Source of the DNA: a virus | Taxonomy: Duplodnaviria; Caudoviricetes | Direction: 5' to 3' (one strand) | IMG/VR virus record: IMGVR_UViG_3300022309_000009 | Coordinates: 1-50,072 of that record | Length of the DNA: 50,072 nucleotides | Shown: piece by piece, positions 44,201 to 50,072 of the stretch | Numbering within the stretch: position 1 is the first letter of the stretch | Layout of the letters: the number at the start of each line of letters is the position of its first letter | Program-made: the position numbers and the translations under genes | The notes under the pieces: model-generated | Told to the model about the DNA's origin: nothing | Database searches by the model: none | Seen by the model: only the letters and a program-made list of their open reading frames with translations

Positions 44201-45287
44201 GTTCTTGTGTTTTGAGTGGGCGGAGTGGCGTGGTGATTCGCTCGGCGTCCTCGATGATCGGAGTGACGGCCACCTTGACGAGTGGGTCGATCAGGAGGAT
44301 TCCCTCGTCCTCCATGATAAGTAGTTCGCGCCAGAGTCCTCCGTTCTGGGCGAAGTATTGGACGTTGCGATTGTGGATTCGGGCGCTGAGATCGCCGATG
44401 TGGCTGTTGTTTGAGATGGCGCGCTTCGTCCATTCTGTCGGCTCGTACTGGAGAACCTTGCCGCCCACAAGCTCGATGTCGTATGTTCGATCCTTGCGGA
44501 GAAATCTGCGACCGAACTCACGGTGGATGGCTTTCCAGTCTTCAGCGAACCGCTTTGCGTAGAAGGTGTCGCTGTGCCGACCGTAGTTGGTCTGACAGTG
44601 AAGGTTGCGCTGCTCTTCAACCCACGGGCCAAGAAGGTCGAGCGTGTCGAGCGTGGCCTTGCGAGTGATTACTTCGTGGCCCTGGACGCCTTCGGGGAAT
44701 GTCTTGAGACGGTCGGGATCGTTTGCGAAGAGGATGCGGTGCTGGTCTGTCTCGACTATCGCGTAGACGCCGGGGAAAGGGTCGTCCCACTTCATGTCGG
44801 TGGGGGCGACGTATGCGACGTACGTCTGCTCTTCCAGATTGGCGTTGAGGAACTCGCGGATGTCTTCGAGCTTGCTGTCAGAGCGAAGCAGGACGATGGT
44901 GTCGCCTAGCTCGGTGTTGAGTGGCTCAAAGAGGGAGGTCAGGCGGCGGAGATCGCCGACGATGGACTGGTAGCGGCCCTGACGGCGCCGTGATTTGCCT
45001 TCTTGCGGTTCGATTCCGAAGCTGAAGGCTGGGTCGAACGCGGTGAAGATGCTGCCGTCGCCTGCGTTGAGGGCGAAGGCGAGTCGTTGCTGGCCGAATA
45101 CGGTACGGATGAGCGCAGACAGTTCGTGTGGGTAGTCACGCTTGTCTGGGTCGATGGGTAGGGCGAACAGGGCTTCAAGTGCGGCGCAGATTGCTTCGTT
45201 CTGCTCTTCCGAGAGGGTCTTTGGGTCGACCCAGGTGTCGTACTCGGGTGCGTCGTCTAGTGACGCGGATTCCATGATGGCTGTCAC
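41244..45287 (-). CDS. Large SNF2-like SF2 helicase with C-terminal SHOCT domain
   Basis: LKAYQ, QGLGKT, IIVDEG, MSGTP, LGHNL, QFTERIHR; C-terminal LHSLGILTDEEFAEAK; start at GTGA overlap. Confidence 0.85.
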   Translation of the reverse strand: MTAIMESASLDDAPEYDTWVDPKTLSEEQNEAICAALEALFALPIDPDKRDYPHELSALIRTVFGQQRLAFALNAGDGSIFTAFDPAFSFGIEPQEGKSRRRQGRYQSIVGDLRRLTSLFEPLNTELGDTIVLLRSDSKLEDIREFLNANLEEQTYVAYVAPTDMKWDDPFPGVYAIVETDQHRILFANDPDRLKTFPEGVQGHEVITRKATLDTLDLLGPWVEEQRNLHCQTNYGRHSDTFYAKRFAEDWKAIHREFGRRFLRKDRTYDIELVGGKVLQYEPTEWTKRAISNNSHIGDLSARIHNRNVQYFAQNGGLWRELLIMEDEGILLIDPLVKVAVTPIIEDAERITTPLRPLKTQERLGYLHQQSKIKCVRDDDEKELKAGKWYSVELRQQEYLKHFTKTDNIRGNLELVRKKRRYYHQRIIINGRHSFYDDDAENIKYLLKYFDLPDVADIRTRYPELIADQDDHVKAVQEKYLAPRGFQLKAYQAKDIAALSVNNRGICAWQQGLGKTIGGILFALIADEKTKKAESTPNLIICPQDLIPQWQREAKEKFGIELTWIGRHKGNRKGNDKIEINVGDDSHSVTGGAIQNLIEARQIAKQIKDGAGGWYITHFEALTTGGAKNLRKIEEPYTIRIEKTEVWINSHYVTDKETGRRTWHEGEWQTKEKEITTAHECPECGAPLFGGLTCNKIRLHHPNDPKGKRCGWTRYTYRLPTIGQILSTTFKRGVIIVDEGTQIASARNSNEKDSSQKTKAVCGMRASHRLVMSGTPVKNFIAQAYWLLWWGIGNKSERFNYAYSGGKAEFAKEYTVMEWTYNELTGNWSSVKEVGEVTNHTKLWAQLASVLLRRVKEETGELIVQKKHHVLYAPLGYYQREQMDYWLQHFPDLFAEKYPNDPKVRRGTHRSMAAILGLDHKLNYASVLPKTDPDFEWTNVQVSNYTPAAFKALTTIMALVKQGRRVLVGTDVKKATPWLAARLTEKGINTKTMLKGNGSGDTLDPADRSKVVEEFQNGTMAVLCSTQRAIRLGHNLDKGTAVVLLGLDWDYETYAQFTERIHRLTSVNPVDVYVVIPGEQNLSLVGRKWDVISDKAKGAGMAIDGHIPEQNEDPPDIAAIVKEMVEKGLPATGNEIIESTVAEAWDAIPDIEAFEIPKDFANSQAKPWIIDWDAANAAYEARLATEAAYAAEEAEIAALENEAMQTFLQEVVDKAICESLEVFFAGSTAPLVVEEEEEEIVAPATNSLDLPVDPETPPLGIVVDDSKISEDHTGDESSRAEENGQLTFGEPPEPSPPATPAPSLDIMGQIKQAAELHSLGILTDEEFAEAKTALLTQLKIAGTGVAA

Positions 45288-45754
45288 GGAGTCCCCTTTC
45301 TCGCTACGCGGTCGAGCGACGCGAAGCCGCTTTTGCCTACTCGCGTGCGTTTGATGGTGATGAGTCCGCGATACTTGGGTGATGCGTAATCGGCCCACTG
45401 GTTCGCGTCGATCTCTTCGAGTCTTTCGTGGTAAGCGCCTTGGCGGGCGGCGATCTGTTGCTCTTCTGTCCAATGTTCGCGTTGCCAGGCGTGGCGCAGC
45501 TCGTGAAGGACGGTGAAACGGACGTGCTTGGTAAGGACGTACAAGCCCTCTCGCTCATACGATTCGCCCTGAGATGTGATGGTGACGTGATTGTTGGGCG
45601 GGTTGTATGAGCCGCGAATCTTGGGAAAGCCGCCGCTGTTAGCGATCCTTCCGCTGTGGTTCAGTGCGAGGGTGGGCGGGTTGCTCAGTTCAAGCTCGCC
45701 GATGACCTGGCAGAGGATCTCGTGGTTCATCTCGATGGTGATGTGAGCGGCCAT
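45284..45754 (-). CDS. Zincin-like metallopeptidase
   Basis: GSY...TVLHELRHAWQ...EEIDANQWA (HEXXH plus downstream E). Confidence 0.8.
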   Translation of the reverse strand: MAAHITIEMNHEILCQVIGELELSNPPTLALNHSGRIANSGGFPKIRGSYNPPNNHVTITSQGESYEREGLYVLTKHVRFTVLHELRHAWQREHWTEEQQIAARQGAYHERLEEIDANQWADYASPKYRGLITIKRTRVGKSGFASLDRVARKGTP

Positions 45755-45939
45755 CAGTCGTCTTCTTCGGATTCGAACCAGCGATCTTCGTCTGGGACGA
45801 GTGGTTCGAGTTGAATAGAGATGGCGGTGGGGCCATCTCCTTTGTTCACGGTGTTGCTGAAATCGCTGGCTTCTGATTCGGCTTCAGCTTCAGAGTTGGC
45901 GAAGACTGCGATGCGAGCGAAAAACTCGTAGCGTTTCAT
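45754..45939 (-). CDS. Small acidic hypothetical protein
   Basis: VFANSEAEAE motif; overlaps both neighbours. Confidence 0.55.
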   Translation of the reverse strand: MKRYEFFARIAVFANSEAEAESEASDFSNTVNKGDGPTAISIQLEPLVPDEDRWFESEEDD

Positions 45940-46157
45940 TAGCCTTGTCCTGCCGTTCGCAGTTCGATGCAGATTTCGTAGGTCTGTGTTCCATCTGCCC
46001 ATCCGATCAGGAGGACTTGCTCGCTTCCGACCGATGCGGCAAAGGAGTTGCCTGCGATGCCGATGACGTCGCCGTGTTGAAGGGTCTTACCCTTGTCCAG
46101 AACTCGGCGCACCACACGGTCGCCGAGGCGGAATGTACGATCTTCGTTGTCAGTCAC
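45939..46157 (-). CDS. Small SH3-like hypothetical protein
   Basis: FRLGDRV...G.V...IGWADG; CCCCAGGAGGCAACCG RBS motif. Confidence 0.6.
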   Translation of the reverse strand: MTDNEDRTFRLGDRVVRRVLDKGKTLQHGDVIGIAGNSFAASVGSEQVLLIGWADGTQTYEICIELRTAGQG

Positions 46158-46226
46158 CTTCGGTTGCCTCCTGGGGCTTGGTTGACACGAGGGAGTAGAG
46201 CGACAACTCTGCTCCCTCACTTTCTT

Positions 46227-46439
46227 CTACCGCTTCACACCACCTATTGACGGACGGCCCCGCTTGTCTTCTGCGAAGATGCGCGCCATGCTGGCGAGGG
46301 CGTAGAGACTACGTAGCTTTCTGTTAGCTTCCACCCAGTCCGGACTACAGTTTGGACAGTGTCCCCATTGCTTGTGGATTGGATCTGGTTCAAGCGGGGC
46401 GTTGCAATGGATACAAGCAGACAGCATCGAACCTTTCAT
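46227..46439 (-). CDS. Small Zn-ribbon protein
   Basis: CIHC...CPNC. Confidence 0.55.
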   Translation of the reverse strand: MKGSMLSACIHCNAPLEPDPIHKQWGHCPNCSPDWVEANRKLRSLYALASMARIFAEDKRGRPSIGGVKR

Positions 46440-46795
46440 CCTACATGTGGTGTCGGTTGACCAGTGATCGAAGATGTGACCGCGTTGAAGCCGCCAAGGT
46501 TAAGCGGTGTTCTTGCTGGAGAGGATTCTTCGGAGGGGGTCTGGTCAGTGAGCGACGGTGCATTCGGCGAGCTGCCTACTACCGCCGCCACCCCCTCCGA
46601 ACTTGCTTCGCTCTCCGCTGGAGGGAGGTCTTGGTTCCCATGCACCGGACAGTTCCGCGTACTCGTCTCGGCACATACGCAGAGAGCGTCTCTGGCGAGC
46701 GCGAGGGCAGTTCGTACACGCTGGCTTGCGTAGCGAGGGCGTTCACTCTCAAGGGCATCCACGAGTTCCATGAGAGCCTCGCGTTCGTCGCTCAC
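46436..46795 (-). CDS. Hypothetical protein
   Basis: Overlap-coupled at both ends; CVC...CPVH. Confidence 0.55.
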   Translation of the reverse strand: MSDEREALMELVDALESERPRYASQRVRTALALARDALCVCAETSTRNCPVHGNQDLPPAESEASSEGVAAVVGSSPNAPSLTDQTPSEESSPARTPLNLGGFNAVTSSITGQPTPHVG

Positions 46796-47511
46796 GACGG
46801 CCTCTTTGCTGGATTCAAGGCTGCTCGTGACGTGATGACGTGCAGATGGAGGTCAGACAGAGGCTCACGCTTGAAGTCCATCGGACACATGCCGCATTGC
46901 ATCTCCTGGTCGTCACCGTAGAGCGCCTCGTATGGATGACCGTGGTTACACCACCACTCGAAGCGAAGCCATCGCTCTGCAGCCTCCAACTGCTCCTGTA
47001 GCTCAAACACCTTCACATGCTCGGCGTTGAGGTCTATCGCAAGCGCCTCGTTCTCAGCTGCCCACTCACGGTCAGCGCCCTGAAGCGTCTGAAGCTGCTC
47101 TAGGAGTCCGTCCAGTTGTTCCTCGGCATCGCGCATCTCATCGTTGAGAAGCTTGTAGATGTCGATTCCCGCCGCCTTGCGAAGAGTCCGTCGAACGATC
47201 TCTCGAACGATCTCCACGCGATCCGCAGCCGAGAGCGCGAAGGGTTCCGAATGTGGTGAAGAGTCGCTCACGAATCGTTCCTTCGCTGGATCGGCTTCCG
47301 AGCAGTACGGAGCCTCCGGGTTGTGGAGCAGGCCCGGCTGGTCGATGCCCTCGCAGATCGGACAGCGATTCCATGCCGCCCAAAGGTCGTTTCCCTTCGG
47401 GCTGATCGCTGGAGCGGAGTCCGAAGTCTCGGAGCGAGCGTGACCGCCCTTCACAGGCGCGCTAGGCGACGCGCTTTCGGCACCGTCCCAATGGGCAGGA
47501 TTGTTAGGCAT
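46792..47511 (-). CDS. Hypothetical coiled-coil protein with Cys/His motifs
   Basis: CPIC..H..C and HGH..YGDD.EMQC..C motifs. Confidence 0.6.
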   Translation of the reverse strand: MPNNPAHWDGAESASPSAPVKGGHARSETSDSAPAISPKGNDLWAAWNRCPICEGIDQPGLLHNPEAPYCSEADPAKERFVSDSSPHSEPFALSAADRVEIVREIVRRTLRKAAGIDIYKLLNDEMRDAEEQLDGLLEQLQTLQGADREWAAENEALAIDLNAEHVKVFELQEQLEAAERWLRFEWWCNHGHPYEALYGDDQEMQCGMCPMDFKREPLSDLHLHVITSRAALNPAKRPS

Positions 47512-47773
47512 CGTCCTGCCTCGAAGCTGGAGCGTCGTCTTGGTTCGAGGTTGCGCCGGTACACCGGACGCAGCACGGCATTGACGGGGCCATGACCGCT
47601 CCACACTTCGGACAGACCCATCCGCTCGGAGCGACGACGGGCGGCGTCATTGGATTCGGATATGGCGTGAGCGGGTTCCACGGTGAAGGGAACGTCCGGG
47701 GATGACGCCAGCAGCTACCGCTCGTTGACTGACGACACGCCTCGCACGTCCCGCTGTAGTAGGGAACGCTCAT
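47504..47773 (-). CDS. Small Cys-rich protein
   Basis: CEAC..CWRH and GWVCPKCG..AP...C..C. Confidence 0.6.
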   Translation of the reverse strand: MSVPYYSGTCEACRQSTSGSCWRHPRTFPSPWNPLTPYPNPMTPPVVAPSGWVCPKCGAVMAPSMPCCVRCTGATSNQDDAPASRQDDA

Positions 47774-48039
47774 CCGTCCTGCCTCGAAGCTGGATTCAAG
47801 GCCACACTCGACCGTGTGGCGATCACGTTCAGCGCACGCGCTTTGCCCTCCTCGCCTTTGTGGAACGAGAGGGCAGCGTCGTTAACAAACTGCATCTCGG
47901 CTCGGAGCGACTCGAACTGCTCTTCGAGGTGTGCGAACCTACGCACGATGAAGTCCCAGGCGACATCGCGCTCCTCGGGCGTATCAGGTTCCGCAACGAC
48001 CGCGAGCGCCTGCCGGATCGAAGTCGGTCTAGCGTCCAC
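47770..48039 (-). CDS. Hypothetical protein
   Basis: C-terminus ALNPASRQD shared with neighbours. Confidence 0.55.
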   Translation of the reverse strand: MDARPTSIRQALAVVAEPDTPEERDVAWDFIVRRFAHLEEQFESLRAEMQFVNDAALSFHKGEEGKARALNVIATRSSVALNPASRQDG

Positions 48040-48250
48040 TCGCGGCCATCTCCTTGCGTTCCTTCATCTGTCGCACCACGAGAGCGCAGTAGTCCGGCGT
48101 GTGAGCGGGCCACGTCCGGCAAGTCCCGCACTTCTTGCAGCAGCCGATGCAGTAGCATTGGTGCATTTGGGGGTGCGAGTCGGTCGTCCAGCCGTTGTAC
48201 GGACTCGAAGACGTGGGTGGTTCCGAAGTCGGTTTGTGTTCTGTGGTCAT
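48029..48250 (-). CDS. Small Cys-rich protein
   Basis: CYCIGCCKKCGTC...H...C. Confidence 0.45.
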   Translation of the reverse strand: MTTEHKPTSEPPTSSSPYNGWTTDSHPQMHQCYCIGCCKKCGTCRTWPAHTPDYCALVVRQMKERKEMAASGR

Positions 48251-48350
48251 GTCCGCCAGCAGCCCTTCCACCAACACCACGTACAGATCGAGGTTGACGT
48301 GCAGCGGGTGCATTGCCAGCCGCAGAAGTGGCGGATCGGTTTCTTTGCGT

Positions 48351-48797
48351 TCACGACCGCACCAGCGCTGGGGCGCCATTTCGTCGTGCTTTCACTGATT
48401 CCGCGTCCCAGCCCCAAGGGCCTTCGTATTCGATTTCCTGCCCTTTACGTTCGAGCTTGTCTAAAAGTGCGAGGGTGAAGTCGAATGCGTCTGAGATTTC
48501 CCAGGACGGATGTTCGCAGGTTTGGTAGTTGTAACAGTGAGCCGTGCAAGAGGCTTCTCCTGGTGTTGGGGAGAAGTCGGGGTCTGTGTATTCGTATGCG
48601 TCGGCTTCCCAGCTGTTGAAGCCCATCAGTGGGTCGTCGTGGTGTGAGTAACGGTAGCCGACGCTCGCAGCATTTTCGCGCCAGAGCATACGGCCCAGTT
48701 TGTTGAGATCGCCCAGTTCGTCTTCTCCTTTGACGAAGGTGAGAGCCGATTTGATAAGGACGTCGATGTGTTCTTTCTGGACGATCCAAGCACTCAT
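48351..48797 (-). CDS. Hypothetical phage protein
   Basis: MSAWIV...ENAASVGYRY...CYNYQTCEH...PWGW; GGAGG RBS motif. Confidence 0.7.
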   Translation of the reverse strand: MSAWIVQKEHIDVLIKSALTFVKGEDELGDLNKLGRMLWRENAASVGYRYSHHDDPLMGFNSWEADAYEYTDPDFSPTPGEASCTAHCYNYQTCEHPSWEISDAFDFTLALLDKLERKGQEIEYEGPWGWDAESVKARRNGAPALVRS

Positions 48798-49234
48798 GCT
48801 GATTGCCTCCGGGGATTCAGGAGTTGGAAGACTCCGATGACCATGAGGATTCCGCCGACGAGTAGAAAGACGTCTGCGAGGTTGAAGATGATGATGTCGT
48901 TTCCGCTCGCGTACATGAATGGGTTTTCGGCTGCTCCCCAGAGATAGATGGAAATGCTGTTGCCGAGGAGGCCACTGATGATGAACCCAGCGGCCACCTG
49001 GAGCTGCTCACTGAAGAGAAGTGGAATGAGGAGCAGCGTTGAGGCGACTGGCGAGATTAGCCAGGTGAGTGGCCGCTCGTGCGGTGGGAATAGCGTCGTC
49101 ATTTGCGTCTTCGTCGCCATGTCTCCAACGACGAGCAGAACGATCAGGATGATTGCGTTCCACGGCTTGACGGTGTGCTGATGTGTCTTGCGGCGGCGCC
49201 ACCAGCGCCGCCAGCGCCGCCATGGCCCTTTCAT
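48794..49234 (-). CDS. Lipoprotein signal peptidase II-like membrane protein
   Basis: About 4 TM; DxxTK, GLLGN and FNLAD motifs; the VVDF aspartate position reads ENPF. Confidence 0.6.
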   Translation of the reverse strand: MKGPWRRWRRWWRRRKTHQHTVKPWNAIILIVLLVVGDMATKTQMTTLFPPHERPLTWLISPVASTLLLIPLLFSEQLQVAAGFIISGLLGNSISIYLWGAAENPFMYASGNDIIIFNLADVFLLVGGILMVIGVFQLLNPRRQSA

Positions 49235-49482
49235 CGGAGGATCAGACCGTCGTTGGTCATTCCTGTGATGAGGTTCGCGGCGTACCGTGGCTCTACGACC
49301 AAGGCTCCTCCGAACCAGTTGGAATCTTCGGAGATGTTTGCTGTGATCCATTCTCGTCCTGCTCGTGTGAGTGGCCGGAAGAGATCAATCGAGCCTTGGC
49401 ATTCGATGCTAATGTCGGGCTGGTTTTGCTCACGTCGCTCATGCTCCCAGTGAACGATGGTCATGTTGTCTAGTGCGGACAT
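49231..49482 (-). CDS. Hypothetical protein
   Basis: CCCCCGGAGGCAACCG RBS motif. Confidence 0.65.
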   Translation of the reverse strand: MSALDNMTIVHWEHERREQNQPDISIECQGSIDLFRPLTRAGREWITANISEDSNWFGGALVVEPRYAANLITGMTNDGLILR

Positions 49483-49712
49483 TTCGGTTGCCTCCGGGGG
49501 TGTGGTTGAAAGATGATGAGGAGCGGCGCACGGGTCTTAGAGCGGCCTATTGATCCGCTCGTTTCACTGGGTCTGGAATGAGATTCCGTGCTGCGCGAAC
49601 GCGCACTCAGCAGTTCGGTGGCCATGTTGTGTTGCGTCCACCTACGCTCGCTGCGTGTCGAAGGGCGAGCTACCGTTATGCCAAGGTAAGCCACGCCACT
49701 CCTCAACTTTGC

Positions 49713-49898
49713 CTAGCGGCTGTGAGTTTTCCCACGCCCTGCGGGGAAACTCTTCCTCGGGTTGAGGGAGCCGGGACGCTTAAAGCCGTTGCGATCTGGG
49801 AAGGTGTGTCGCTCACTATTGAGCAGCGTGTCCCATGCTTTCTGGCGGGCCTTGAGCCGGGTGTGGGCTTTGCGGCCTGGCTTGCGCTTGCCGATCAC
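49713..49898 (-). CDS. Small basic protein (partial duplicate at 1-164)
   Basis: CCCCCGGAGGCAACC-GTG start; FKRPGSLN motif. Confidence 0.55.
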   Translation of the reverse strand: MIGKRKPGRKAHTRLKARQKAWDTLLNSERHTFPDRNGFKRPGSLNPRKSFPAGRGKTHSR

Positions 49899-50072
49899 GG
49901 TTGCCTCCGGGGGTCATGGTCGACTATGAACGGGTTGTGGTTGAGGGGTTGTGGTTGAGAAAAGCTTCAAATCTGTCTGCGATCTCATGCACAAGCTCGT
50001 TCAGCCGTTCCCCTTCAGTGTCGCTTCCGTCGTCGTGCCAGCCGTACTCTGCGAGGATTTCGCAAAGTCGGT
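49735..50072. repeat. Terminal direct repeat / circularisation overlap, copy 2
   Basis: 338 bp, equal to bases 1-324 plus a 14-bp duplication. Confidence 0.95.

Noticed and set aside
1-50072. Integrase, repressor, tRNAs, tape measure, DNA polymerase, primase
   Set aside because: No recognisable motifs by eye; divergent versions among the hypothetical ORFs cannot be excluded without HMM searches

Overview
The window is an essentially complete ~49.7-kb high-GC dsDNA tailed-phage genome. Bases 1-324 recur at 49735-50072 with one SNP and a 14-bp tandem duplication. Minus-strand blocks (about 38.1-49.9 kb, wrapping through 0.2-3.8 kb, plus 5.3-7.2 kb) carry early and replication genes: two SSB-like proteins, DnaB, a large SNF2-like helicase, two SLOG proteins, an HEXXH peptidase, an LspA-like membrane protein and many small ORFs. 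A plus-strand virion, packaging and lysis block (7.7-30.7 kb) has a terminase large subunit split into two genes around a zinc-finger ORF, then portal, a 2354-aa polyvalent-type protein, scaffold, major capsid, adaptor/nozzle-like genes, a GH25 endolysin and holin candidates. An inverted virion-protein block lies at 31-33.9 kb and a recombination/nucleotide block at 34-37.9 kb. No tape measure, tail tube, integrase, DNA polymerase, primase, tRNA or CRISPR array was recognised, so a podovirus-like, probably lytic phage of an Actinomycetota-like host is inferred. The most notable non-coding signals are a 13-copy quasi-palindromic promoter motif (cgTCCTAC-N7-GTAGGAT), often just upstream of leaderless starts, and two long highly structured regions (3836-4640 and 7328-7740) that look like unannotated ncRNAs. 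All functional calls come from motif recognition by eye; no database searches were run.
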